From Macrostomum lignano (taxonomy: Eukaryota), in assembly GCA_002269645.1 (NCBI GenBank), contig NIVC01002136.1, positions 124,001 to 188,000 on the forward strand: 64,000 nt of DNA, read 5' to 3'. The notes below the pieces were generated by a model, which saw only the letters and a list, made by a program, of their open reading frames with translations, did not search any database and was not told where the DNA came from. The position numbers and the translations under genes were made by a program. Each line of letters opens with the position of its first letter. Position 1 is the first letter of the stretch. This document shows, piece by piece, positions 1 through 13,300 of this stretch.

Positions 1-1343
1 TAATCACCTGTTAGACACGGGAGTCGCTCACCTTAATCACCTGTTAGACACGGGAGTCGCTCACCTTAATCACCTGTTAGACACGGGAGTCGCTCACCTT
101 AATCACCTGTTAGACACGGGAGTCGCTCACCTTAATCACCTGTTAGACACGGGAGTCGCTCACCTTAATCACCTGTTAGACACGGGAGTCGCTCACCTTA
201 ATCACCTGTTAGACACGGGAGTCGCTCACCTTAATCACCTGTCAGACACGGGAGTCGCTCACCTTAATCACCTGTTAGACACGGGAGTCGCTCACCTTAA
301 TCACCTGTTAGACACGGGAGTCGCTCACCTTAATCACCTGTTAGACACGGGAGTCGCTCACCTTAATCACCTGTCAGACACGGGAGTCGCTCACCTTAAT
401 CACCTGTTAGACACGGGAGACGCTCACCTTAATCACCTGTTAGACACGAGGTTGCTCACCTTAATCACCTGTTAGACACGGGAGTCGCTCACCTTAATCA
501 CCTGTTAGACACGGGAGTCGCTCACCTTAATCACCTGTTAGACACGGGAGTCGCTCACCTTAATCACCTGTTAGACACGGGAGTCGCTCACCTTAATCAC
601 CTGTTAGACACGGGAGTCGCTCACCTTAATCACCTGTTAGACACGGGAGTCGCTCACCTTAATCACCTGTTAGACACGGGAGTCGCTCACCTTAATCACC
701 TGTTAGACACGGGAGTCGCTCACCTTAATCACCTGTTAGACACGGGAGTCGCTCACCTTAATCACCTGTTAGACACGGGAGTCGCTCACCTTAATCACCT
801 GTCAGACACGGGAGTCGCTCACCTTAATCACCTGTTAGACACGGGAGTCGCTCACCTTAATCACCTGTTAGACACGGGAGTCGCTCACCTTAATCACCTG
901 TTAGACACGGGAGTCGCTCACCTTAATCACCTGTTAGACACGGGAGTCGCTCACCTTAATCACCTGTTAGACACGGGAGTCGCTCACCTTAATCACCTGT
1001 TAGACACGGGAGTCGCTCACCTTAATCACCTGTCAGACACGGGAGTCGCTCACCTTAATCACCTGTTAGACACGGGAGTCGCTCACCTTAATCACCTGTT
1101 AGACACGGGAGTCGCTCACCTTAATCACCTGTTAGACACGGGAGTCGCTCACCTTAATCACCTGTTAGACACGGGAGTCGCTCACCTTAATCACCTGTTA
1201 GACACGGGAGTCGCTCACCTTAATCACCTGTCAGACACGGGAGTCGCTCACCTTAATCACCTGTTAGACACGGGAGTCGCTCACCTTAATCACCTGTTAG
1301 ACACGGGAGTCGCTCACCTTAATCACCTGTTAGACACGGGAGA
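1..1343. repeat. 33-bp minisatellite (TAATCACCTGTTAGACACGGGAGTCGCTCACCT), ~40 copies, runs off window start; intronic in the RTK gene
   Basis: Unit recurs every 33 nt with rare single-base variants (GTT/GTC) and no spacers. Confidence 0.97.
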
Positions 1344-1398
1344 CACTCAAATGCAGAGTCACATCCGACATTTCCTCAATTTCTTTTCTTAACGACAG

Positions 1399-4300
1399 CA
1401 TCAGCTCCGCTGTCATCGTTTCGAGTTCTGCCAGCCAGTCAGCGACTGCTGCTGGTCATGGAGTCCAACTCCAGTTCTGTGCTGAGCAGCGACTTGAGCG
1501 GCCGCGGCGTCACTTCGGACTCGACAGTCGATGGAGCGTCGGCATCCCAGCCGATTATTCGGCTGCTTCGACTTCCGGATGGCCGGCTGGTGTGGACGGA
1601 CGGCTCGATGGTCAGAAATTTGCTGCGACGTTTTCTGCTTTTAGTTTGCGCCCGTGCTTAAAAATACTGATTACTTCAAGTAGTATGAGCAAAATCAAGC
1701 GTTGTTTAGCTTCAAAGTGAAAGCAAAACAATTTCGATATCAAATCACACTCCGTCGATGACGCACGCTCACATTTGGTGTACGGTGGCCCCTGGCTTTC
1801 ATAATCTTCGGGCAAGCAACTCACTCTGCATCATGTGGATTGGCCCTCATGGGCAGGAATCGTACGACAAGTCCCAAACATGAGCCCCAAATTAATGTGG
1901 CTGAGCGCAAAATCTGAGTGTCTTTAGAATGTTACAGCCTCCCATCAGTGCTGACATGCGACAAATAAAACCATCAAAGAAGTTTAGAAGTAAGTAAAGT
2001 ACGACTGAAACAAATATTCAACCAAGGTTGGCGCCGACCGAGTTCGACTGCGTCAGCGATCCGGCAGCATTCGCGAGCTGGAATGCGTCGAGCCGGCCTG
2101 CCAGCCGAAGCCGGCACCGCTGACGGCACCGGCGCTGGAGGTTTTCTGTGGTATTGGCGGCGCGTTCGCTCGTGTCAGACTGCCCGGACCTCAGGGAGAG
2201 CAGAGTGAGCGGCAGGGGTAATTTGGAACAAGGAATGAGCATGAAATACGAAGCTTTGGGGTGGGGCAAATATCAAGATAAACTATTGGAAGCGAGATAA
2301 CCAATGGTATGGAGTGGCTCTGGCTGTTGGAAGCGAGATAACCAATGGTATGGAGTGTCTCTGACTGTTGGAAGCGAGATAACCAATGGTATGGAGTGTC
2401 TCTGGCTGTTGGAAGCGAGATAACCAATGGTATTGAGTGTCTCTGACTGTTGGAAGCGAGATAACCAATGGTATGGAGTGTCTCTGACTGTTGGAAGCGA
2501 GATAACCAATGGTATGGAGTGGCTCTGGCTGTTGGAAGCGAGATAACCAATGGTATGGAGTGTCTCTGACTGTTGGAAGCGAGATAACCAATGGTATGGA
2601 GTGTCTCTGACTGTTGGAAGCGAGATAACCAATGGTATGGAGTGGCTCTGACTGTTGGAAGCGAGATAACCAATGGTATGGAGTGGCTCTGACTGTTGGA
2701 AGCGAGATAACCAATGGTATGGAGTGTCTCTGACTGTTGGAAGCGAGATAACCAATGGTATGGAGTGGCTCTGACTGTTGGAAGCGAGATAACCAATGGT
2801 ATGGAGTGGCTCTGACTGTTGGAAGCGAGATAACCAATGGTATTGAGTGTCTCTGACTGTTGGAAGCGAGATAACCAATGGTATGGAGTGTCTCTGACTG
2901 TTGGAAGCGAGATAACCAATGGTATGGAGTGGCTCTGACTGTTGGAAGCGAGATAACCAATGGTATGGAGTGGCTCTGACTGTTGGAAGCGAGATAACCA
3001 ATGGTATGGAGTGTCTCTGACTGTTGGAAGCGAGATAACCAATGGTATGGAGTGTCTCTGACGGTTGGAAGCGAGATAACCAATGGTATGGAGTGGCTCT
3101 GGCTGTAAATGAAATTAATTAACCACAATCTTGCCCAGGTGCTTCCGCATTCCATCGATGGCGTACAGCTGTCTGGACCTCAGACTCACCAACTACAATC
3201 CATCAACCGGTGCTGCCGCCGGCTGCCGCATCCTCGCCCGACATCGGTCAGTTCGTCAACCTGCCTCCGCCAACTGCCACTGCGACTGTGTCAGCTGCGG
3301 TCTTCTACGACAGGCCACCTCTGCCGCCACCGAACGGCACCGAAGCCCTGTGGAGCCGGCCTGTTGTCTGCGCCCGACAGCAGCGAAATCCCAACGGCAC
3401 CGGCCGCTCGCTACGACTGTTTGCAATGACCAGCACTGCTGGTGGCTTCAAGTATCAACTTGAACGACTGGAGTTCAACGAGACTTCGATGGCGGAGCCC
3501 CGAGCGGCCGTCTGTCCGGAGAGCAGCTGGCACGGACATTATCCGGCTTGTAAGATTTCCATTGCACAAGCGCGAGATCTGTTTTGGGGAATTAAAATTT
3601 TCTATGGGAATCTTGTACAGCTCAAAAAAGAAACGACCGGGTGTTTGTCATAAAATGCATTAGCGAAATGAAAATATTTTTGGCATTTCTAATTGGCATT
3701 TGGCATTTGGTAGTTCTAATTTCTAATGTTTCTAATGTTGCCTAGTGTGTGCGTGTGCTTCTTCTGGGCTACTTTACTTTTATGGATCAAATTCGTCTGT
3801 GGCGAAACCCTTTTCAGCGATAGGCAAAAACAAATTTTCTTGTCAAGCAAGTCAAAACAAGTCGATTGCACCTGGGACCTCAGCTGTTTGCTACATTTGC
3901 CATTCGGATGTCCAGAAGGCCAGATGTTGGGATTATAGTGAACAAAAAACTGACAAAATTTCTTATTCGCTGATGCATTTTTGCAGCGAGTACCGGCCTC
4001 CAACGAAATCTGCACGACTTGCGGGTGTAGCGGACGACTACTAAGATTATGAGTGGCTGTAGCCTAGTGGTCAGAGCGTCGAACTCGCGACTGAAAGGTC
4101 GGGGGCTCGATTCTCGACCCCCACTCGAAAAAATTGTGTCCTTAAGCAAGACACTTAACTCTGCATTGCTTCAGTGCACCCAGTTGTAAAATGTCCTGCC
4201 AGACCGACTGCCCGCGCTGGGCCGGTCGCATCAGCGGGACTGTTTGCTCCGCAGCGGCTCGAACTGCAGCGCTCACCTCCGCGTACTCGGCTCCTCCACG

Positions 4301-7300
4301 CTTGTCGCCCAGCGCAGTGACAAAGGCACCGGCAAAGCGACGTCGCGTCTCGGCGTCCCTGAGCGCGGGGTAGTAGCGCCGCGGTGGCCGCTTTGGCGGA
4401 CGGTAGAGCGGGTCCCGAAGCCGAAGGTCGCAGATGAGCAGCCGATGGTCGGACCGCAGAGCCAGCGGCGTAATGGTGTGGCAGTTGGTGACGCGGCGGC
4501 GCTCACGAAAGCGCACAAGCACGTGGTCGAGCTGTGCCAGCCTCCGCGTAGCGTTCCGGCCACGCGCGTTCCGGCCACGCGCGTTCCGCCGCCTCCGCTT
4601 GCAGCCCACGAAGGTTGCGAGCCTGCCCGGCGACTTGCGGAATCTGGTGTTGGCCGACACCATGTCCTGTCTCTCCAGGAAGTCCTCTAGCGCTCCGGTG
4701 TTGCCGTTCTCGCGCGCTGTCACAAACAGCGATCGCTCGGACCTACGCAGAACTGCGTTCAGGTCTCCGAGAATGACCACTGTGTCACGTTGCGCCATCT
4801 CCTCCACCCGCACCGAGAGTTGCTCGAAGAAGGCCTGAGCCTCATCGGAGCGGGTAGCAGGCGGCGCATACGCGCAGAACAGGCGGGTGTTCCGGCCGCG
4901 AAGCCGGACGTCGACCCGAAGCAGCCGAGAAGACAGGGAGATGCAGCGACAGCTCTGCTGCAGCCTCGGTCCGATCAGCGCTCCAACTCCTCCACGGCCT
5001 CGCTCATCTGCTGAGGTGTACCAGAGTGTCCAACCGGCGCCCAGGTCCTCACAGTGAAGTCCGGGGTTGGCTCTGATAGACACCTCCTGTAGTGCGATGA
5101 CATCACAGCTGAGGTCGAGCGCTAGCCTCGCCAGCAGCCCTCTCCGCCATGTGGCCTTGAGAGTGCGGCAGTTCAGCGTCCCGACCCGAAGCGTGCCCTC
5201 TGGTACGGCTGGGGCTCGATGCTGGTGAGCCTCATGGTCCCCGGCGCCACCCGGAAGATCCAATTGGGCCAGTGCAGCAGCAGCTCGGCGGGCGGCGCCA
5301 CGTTGCCGACCTCGCCAGTTTCGCTCGCGACGGCGTTCAACTCGCCGACGCGCGCTCCGCTGCCCTCGCTTGGTCCTGCCGCATTTGGCCGCCGCAGCAG
5401 TTAAGCGCGGCTCTCCACTCTCACCACGAGGAGGTAGCGGCATTTATCTGCACCGAAGCGAGGGAAGATCTGGAGAGGCTCCGTCTGAGTGGGCGGCCAA
5501 CTCGCGAGGCGGAGGAGGCTCTGGCGGCTGTCTACCTGCAGCGGCAGCAGTCCGCTGTCGATGACGCCATCCAAGCCGTCTCTGCCGCAGGGCCCGATGC
5601 CAGAGGGCGCGTGGCCTGGTCCGCCATCAACACTCTGACGGGGCGAAAGCGGCGCATCGCGCTCAACCTGGCAGGCGACACTCCGGACGAGCGCAGGAAC
5701 GAGCTGCGCGAGTTCTTCGCCGCCATTGTCAACGCGCCGCCCCCTCCGCTTCCAGAAAATCTGAGGCTGCCGCCGGAGACGCCGTTGCCGGCGGAGGAGA
5801 GCTTCAATGTTGCCCCAGTCAGCACAGCCGACGTTGTGAAGTTCGCTCGGCAGTCGCCGGGCGGCAAAGCGCTTGGTCCGGACGAGGTGCCCACCGAGGC
5901 GCTGCGGATCCACTGCGTGGCCACTGAGGTCGCCAGAGTGATGAACCGCGTGCTTTTCGGTGAGGTGGCGCCAAACGAATGGACCACGGCGCACATCGTC
6001 GCCATTCCAAAGAAGCCGGGCACCACCAAGCTCGAGGAGCATCGAGGCATCTGCCTACAGTCCTGCGCCGCGAAGCTGTTCAACCGCATGCTGCTATCGC
6101 GGTTACAGCCTGTGCTGGACCCGTACCTGCGACCTGAGCAGAACGGATTCCGGCCCCATCGCGGCACAGTGACGCAGATCCTGGCTCTTCGACGAGTCAT
6201 CGAGGAGGCGCGCATCCGCCAGTTGACCCTGATCCTGATCTTCGTCGATTTCAGGAAGGCTTTCGACTCGGTCGTGAGGGACGCGCTCCCAGAGGTGCTC
6301 CGTGCGTACAACGTGCCAGAGCTGCTGATTTCTGCTGTCATGGCGCTGTACCACGGCACGACGGCTGCTGTCTCAACACCGGACGGCCTATCGGATTTCT
6401 TCGAGACATCCTCCGGGGTGCTCCAGGGAGATACGCTAGCGCCGTTCCTATTTATTCTGGTGCTTGACTGGGTGCTACGGACTGCTCTGCCTTCCAACGA
6501 CGACGGCTTCCTGCTGCGGCGACGCGTGGGTCGACGCCAACCGGAGAGACGGCTCAGCGTGCTTGGCTACGCCGATGACCTCGCCCTGCTGTCCTCGACC
6601 GTCGAGGGCGCCCAACGACAGCTGGATAGGCTGGTTGCCGTTGCGGCGAGCGTCGGCCTGGTGGTCAACACGCAGAAGACCGTCGTGCTATGCGTGCCGG
6701 ACGACACCGAGGCTGCAATCTTCTGCCGAGGCGCTGACGGACAGGCGAGTGAGCTTCCAAGATGTCAGCAGTTCGTCTACCTCGGCGGTCTGGTTCCCGA
6801 CGTCCGCGAGGATCTGCGGCGTCGCCGAGGACTTGCTTGGGCTGCCTTTCGTTCTATAAGGTCAGTCCTGCAGTCCGAGGCCCTACCGGACCGCCAGAGG
6901 GCGGCGCTGTTCCAGGCGGTGATCGAGACCGTCCTGTTATACAACGCCGAGACCTGGACGCTGACAGACTCGCTCGAGGCTCAAGTCGACGCGGCGCACG
7001 CTGGCCTGCTGCGCGCCGCCTTCAAGATCGGCAACGAGCGAGTCACCAACACGGCGCTCTATCATCGCGCCGGCCTGGCCCGTCCTAGCGATCTGCTGCG
7101 CCGTCGGCGACTCCAGCTGGCAGGCCACGTCATCCGCGCCGAGGCCTACTGCTCGGAGCCGGTGCAGGAGGTGCTGCTACTTACGTTGCAGGCACCCTAC
7201 CGGCGGGGACAGGCGAGGACTCGGCGCTACGTCGACTGTCTGCTGGCTGACGCCGGCGCCCCGGACTCTGCCGGCGGTGCGGCTTTTGTTCGCGCCCAAG

Positions 7301-10300
7301 CTTTGAAGCGCGCCATCTGACGCTGCTTTTGTGATCTGGCAGCGTACTCTGTTGTTGTCTGTTGTTGTTGTAAAATGGGTGCCAGGATTAGCTAGGGTAA
7401 TTGAGGCTGTGTGTGGCGACCCTCCAGTCCTTGGACTGAGCAGCCGTACGCAGCCTTCAGATGCGTCACTCAATAGCTGCGGCTGAGCTGTCGGTTGCAC
7501 ATCTGCCCATTAGGGCAGGTGTAAGCAATTATTATTATTTATTATTGTTATACTAAGAGTTCAGCTGTCCGCGCTGGGATTTTCGAGGATCGGGGGGAAA
7601 TATATTTCTCAGAATGGTGTGTCAATTAGGGGACATCGGGATAAGCGTCAAGACATCTCGAATCTTCAAGTCCGAGTCCAGCTAAAGTCAAGAGTCACGT
7701 CGGATCCGTGATCAGAAAGCCCTCAGAAATCAAACTGAACACTCGCCATCCCCAGACATGAGTGCGATGGGCGCTAACCGGGTCTGGATCGGCTTCGAGG
7801 CAGGAGACTGGATGCGCGTTGATGTCGAGGACACCGGCACTTGCAAGTGGCGCAGCCGCCGAGTCTGGAGCGTCAGCGTCAGGCACATTGAGTTTGAGTG
7901 GCTGAGCGGCAGTCTGCTGTGGATCGGCGATGACGCCTCGGTAAGGTTGATATGAAAAATGATTTACCATAGTTTAGCGCACCTACAGCTGACTGAGATC
8001 CCTTCCTTCCTGCGCAGATCTACCGCTCTCAGCCAGCCGGCAGTAGGAGGCTGCTTCACAGGACCGCGGCCACTCATTTCACCCTGCTGACTTCGCGCGC
8101 ACTGCTGCTTTGGAGTACCACCAGCCAGCTATGGGCTGGAAGCCTCAGCGGCGGTGCAAAGCGCCTCCTTCTTGAACTGCCTCAGCAGCAGCAACTAGTT
8201 TCAGCCTTCATCAGTGCCGTCTACGTGGAAGAGTCGGCTAGCGCACGGTCGGCACTGAACCTGGCTTTCTCTGGAGTTCGACAGATGCAGAGTCAGCATC
8301 GGGTTTTCTACGCGGTCTTCAGCAGCGATAATTCGGCGGCGCTGTTCTCTGCCCTGCTCACCGTTCATTCCGCCTTCGGTGACGCGAACTGCTCAGCTAG
8401 TGGGTCAACTTTCGTCGCCACGCTGCGACCATTCAGCCAGTACTCCCAGCTTCAGGTGCTTGATAACAAGGTGCTCTGGAGTCATCAAGGAGGAATCAGT
8501 GTTATGTCACTTGGTGGACCTGAAAGATTCTTTAACGACTCGTTCCTACTAGTGTCGCGGTCGGCACTTCTTCCGTTTGCTGTTGTTAGAAACGAAGATA
8601 CTGGTGAGTGGCAATTTAAAGCACTAAGTGGAATTCAAGAAGTCAGTTTTAATCTATATGGTCAAGCCAGGGATCTCTCGCTAATTGTGCCACTTCAGAC
8701 TTTCTGAGCGAGCTGTCCAGCCGCAACCTGTCGGTGATTCCAACTCCCGTGAATGCTTCCCTGCTGACGTATCGATTCGATTCGGTATCGGACGGCGAGC
8801 TGCTAGTCGAGTGGCCGGAATCATCGCCGCCTGGCCTAACTCGGTACCTGGTGAGCCAGGAGACCGACGGCAAGAACCGGTCCGTGAGCCTCCTCGACCG
8901 AAGCTGGCTCCGCCTGCCGAACGTGCCGCCACTGGCCGTGGTTCGCTTGGAGATCACGCCGCTGACAGCCTGGTCAAGCAGTGTCCAGTCGTTGAATGTC
9001 ACAATCTTAGCTCCCATCGCAGGTGAGGGTTGCTAAATCACAGCGCAAGCTGAGGGTCTAGATATGTACTCGTATCAAACTTGTTGCTGCGTTTCTGCGG
9101 TTCAAGGGCACACCCGCCGCATGATTCAGGCTGAGCTGGGCAGCTTGGCTCAGTTTCTCTCTCTCCCCCGCGATGTGATTGGCTGGCGTGGGGTAAGGAC
9201 GATCGGGAGGCGTTGCGGTGGGGCGGTGGGCTCCGGCTTGCAGCCTTTCCCCCAGTGGGCGACAATTATTTAGTAGTCGCTGGGTCTGGGCCTCTGCGTA
9301 CTTAGTCTGGCTTTTAGTCATCGTTCTACTGACCCACTAAGACCCACGCCCATACTGCCGGCAAATTGAATAAGTCAGAAAGGAAGCCTACAAAGAGTGG
9401 TATTGGTTTGCTTGTCCCAGCTCCTGCCTCTGTCTTCTTTTGGTTACCAACAAGGAATACAGCTAAGGGTGCGTGTGTCTTGACACCGCCTTAGATTGGG
9501 CTACGCAGTCATACTGCACGTGTTCTATTGTATGCCAGCCTGTGCGTCCTGACGCCTAGCTGCAGTAGGGCCGGTGTTCCGGCGTCCCGACGCGGGCATC
9601 AGTTATGTAGGAGCGTCCTGACACCACAGATTCCGGGAACTGTGCACTCTTGTCCTGACGTAGGCAACCAAGGACAGTATAATTGTACTGTACCATGTAC
9701 ACTCTATTGTACTTCACAAGCCAGGGATTGAGTTATAAAACTAAATTTTATATTTTCCCGAGCGATGGTTACTTGAAGAATGGCTTGTTTTAAAACTCTC
9801 GATTAAATTTACAACCAATGTAAAACTTGATCTGCATATTCCTAAGCGATAAATTTTGAAAGCAGTTGACAACTAGCCTAGCATGACTCTTCCTGAGATG
9901 ATTCTCCCCACTCGAAACCCGCGTTTGCAGTTCCCAAGCGTCCGGTCAACCTGACTGTGTATCGCCACGAGAAGCCTGGAAATAATGACGCCTTAGACGT
10001 CCAGATGTGCTGGAGCCCGCCCGACAGAGCCAATTCCAGGGCCCACCCTGTGCAAGAGTACCGGGTGACGCTGCGGGTCACCAGCTCGTCGCCCGAATTC
10101 GGCCAGCGCTGGTCCAAGCACCGGGTTGGTCGGCAGCGTACCTGCTTCGGCACCGCGCTGGACTCCGCGGACCAGGTTGCCTGCTTCAGCGTCTTGGCCT
10201 GCAACTCCCGCGGCTGTGCGGCCAGCGATGAAAGCAGCGAGCAGCAGCTGACCGCCTGCTCCGACGGTGGCCAATTCGACAAAACGGACAGTCTCAAGGT

Positions 10301-13300
10301 GAGCACAGACAAGCCTGGCGACTCAAGCGGTGTGCAGCGCGACCTGACCTACGTGGCTGGGTCAGCGACACCGGTCAGACAGTCGGACGTAACAGCCTTC
10401 GCTGTGAAGCGGCATCACGCCAGAATATTTTACGCCATTGGGCGTCACTTGTACACGTCACCAGCTGATCAAGCGGCCAGAGAGTCTATCTACAGTCGGG
10501 CAATGTCGAATGTGAGTGGTCAAGTATTAAATGTGACATCCTCAACTGTGCGTTTTAGTAGCATCTCTAAAATTCGGAAAGGTGTTTGTATCTTGAAGCT
10601 TTGTTTGGAATCAAATTAATTATCATTATTGTTAGAACGCTGATGAACCATGAAGCTCCCAGGGTCACTAATCTCTTAGATCATAAGAAAACTTATAATC
10701 TCTGACAGGACACCGTCACGATCTACTGGATGGGCTTCGATTGGCTCAGAGACAACCTGCTTTGGCTTGAGATGTCCAATTCTTTGCTCTCACTGCCGAG
10801 GACTCGCCTGATGTTAATCGAGTTCGGCCGGCTGCCGCAGGCCTCCGTTGTCTTGGAGACGATCGGACAGCCGGCTGACGTTGAGCTTCTGGTTGTAGAC
10901 AGGTTTGCGGCATCTCATTTTCTGGCTCTGCATGGCTTGATTCTGCATGGCTCGCAATTAATTCCCAATTTTTTGTTACAGACAACTGCGGTTTCGCCAG
11001 GCCTCCGGCAACTACCGATCCCTGGATCTGGATCACCTGATCCCCAGCGATTCGCTCAGCCGCTTTGCTGTTGCCACCTACTCTCAGCGTGACTTCTCTG
11101 CCTGCAGCGAGTCGCTGCGACTGCGCCCGGAGGACTGGGCCCTGTGCGACACGGACGCTGAGCTCAACGCATCTCTGCTGCTACTCAGGGGCTCATGGGA
11201 ACTCTGCGAAGTGTCTAGCGTGGGCAGCATTTGCGCCTGTCTGCCTGTCACAGGTTTGTCTATTAATACTTACAATGACACTTGGGTCTTCAATGCTAAG
11301 TCGTTTTTTCACAGAAAGCGTCTTGAGATATTTAGGTGTCAGAAAATTCGCCTAACCTGTTTTAGGCTCGGCTCGTCAGCACTTGATCCAATACGACCTG
11401 GTTGTGTGCGAAGTGCCCAAAACTGTAGTTGACCGTTCGCTCGTTCGAATTCTGTCGGTCCAGCCGGAGCTCGCATTGCAGGGTGGCTCCTTGGCAGCGA
11501 CTCAGAAGCAGAGACAGCCAAGAAGTCTGGAAGGTGGGTCGTCAAATCAGCTTCAGGGACAACAGCAGCGACGGATACGTGCTTACAGTCTGACTTCGAT
11601 TTTCGTCGAACGCTCGAATGGGCAGATGCTAAGGACGTCCCGCTCTTTGACTGGAGCCGCTCGTCAGATAGCTCAGGGAGCTGTCAGGTTGCGACGCATC
11701 TGCTACAATACGACTTCCGTGGTCGCTTCCCTCACCGACGTGTCGGTTGGTCTCGTAACAGCTGAGGTGCTGCGACCCAGTCAGTCAAGCCTCACAATGA
11801 TGCTTCGGGTAGGTTTTGTCTAAATTACAAGCCTATTACTCTCGCAGTTACTCTAGCACTGCTTCAATTCGGCTTCAATTCTTCAGGATGTGAAATCAAA
11901 CGCCAAGATTTCTCCCACCTCAGAGGCGATGTTCTCTACTAGTGAAGGTAAGTATTAATTTCCAGGTGAAGAGAACTAGTAAAAATAGCATAAATGTTCG
12001 TCAAACAGTCTATACATCGGTTAAAACGGAACTCTAGGTATCCAGGTGAAGCTAAACTTCAGTACCGAACTACTTCCCGGTCGAGTCTACGAACCAGTTC
12101 TCACTCGAACTAAAGTCACCGACCCAGATGAGAATCTTGCCGGCTGTCGGTTTAGGAGTGCCGGTGAGACACAGTGCCGATGCATTAAAAATGTGTCATT
12201 GTTTTATTCGATGTTGATTTCAATTTAAAAACATTGATTTCGTCTGTCAGCGGCGCCGCCTGATCCGCCGTCGAGAGTTCGGTTTGACGGTGCGTTCGGC
12301 CTGGTGTGGGAAGCGGCCAGAGACAACGGCTCGCCTGTATCTGGCTACGAGTTGTCTCTGGTGGCAGCGAACGCATCGGATGGGACAGTTGTTTATTGGA
12401 AGCGGCTACCGAACGTGACCCGATTTGCCAGCGACAGCGCCATGCTGTCATGGGCGGCTGCCGTCCGAATTGCCGCCGTCAACTCTATGGGCCAGAGCGA
12501 GCCGAGTCCTCCAGTGCCCATTCCCGCCACTGCGACTGCCGTTCGTTACTCAGGTGCGTCTGTGTTCTGTTGACTGGTTTCACCTAAATTGTTAGACTCG
12601 ACCAATGCTTTGATACAGTCTGAATACCTCCTTGTGCTTGTTTTGGTAAATCCACTTAAGTGAAAATTGACCTTCAAGGTATTGAAAGCATTCAATGTAT
12701 CCGTGCAGCCTATTCAAAATGATTAGTTTACAACGAATTTAACTTCGCAGAATCTGGACTGAGCTTCGTCACCCTGACGCTGCTGGGCGCTCTTGTGCTG
12801 CTTCTGCTCGGCTCGCTGCCTCTACTGGCCTACTTTCTCTGCAGTAAGTAGCAATCTAATTGGCTTTAAATATCTGTCTCGCAATCGGAGCTTAAGTTGC
12901 CTTGACAACAGTGACTTAACAGGAGAAGGTAGTTGCTGTCCCTCCAGCACTTGTCTGCCGGTAGCTTGCTGAGCGGAAAAGCTACGGTCATGCGAGTCCA
13001 ATAGCTCGTAAGGCGTAAAAAAGATTGTCCTTTTTGGAGGGGTTTGAGCACTTTTACTTTTTAGCATAAAACAAGATTGACTATCTTAATTGATGTGTCT
13101 ACCAAACGATTCGCCACACCCCAGAGCGCAGCCCAAAGCCATCGACCGTGCAAATCCCGTTGGTGCCAGTGCTGTCCCAGGAGTACGTAGATCTTGGCCC
13201 CGCATCCGATGAGGACGAGCTGCGTCGACTGCAGGACGCGCTCCGACGTCAGCAACCGACGCAGGATGCCGCCGCTGTTGCAGCCACTGCCGGCAGTCTT

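Noticed and set aside
1-1343. CRISPR-like array (also considered for the 41-, 37-, 47- and 46-bp arrays)
   Set aside because: Units are head-to-tail with no unique spacers, there are no cas genes, and the context is eukaryotic introns
2191-3155. Long minus-strand ORFs of 240-290 aa
   Set aside because: Translations of the 41-bp minisatellite; periodic peptides only
4051-4125. tRNA genes (also 16801-16865, 19812-19880, 27757-27830)
   Set aside because: A/B boxes only, no convincing cloverleaf, and followed by SINE bodies; treated as SINE heads
5401-6497. Antisense ORFs over the RT region
   Set aside because: Shadow ORFs of a GC-rich coding sequence, with no recognisable motifs
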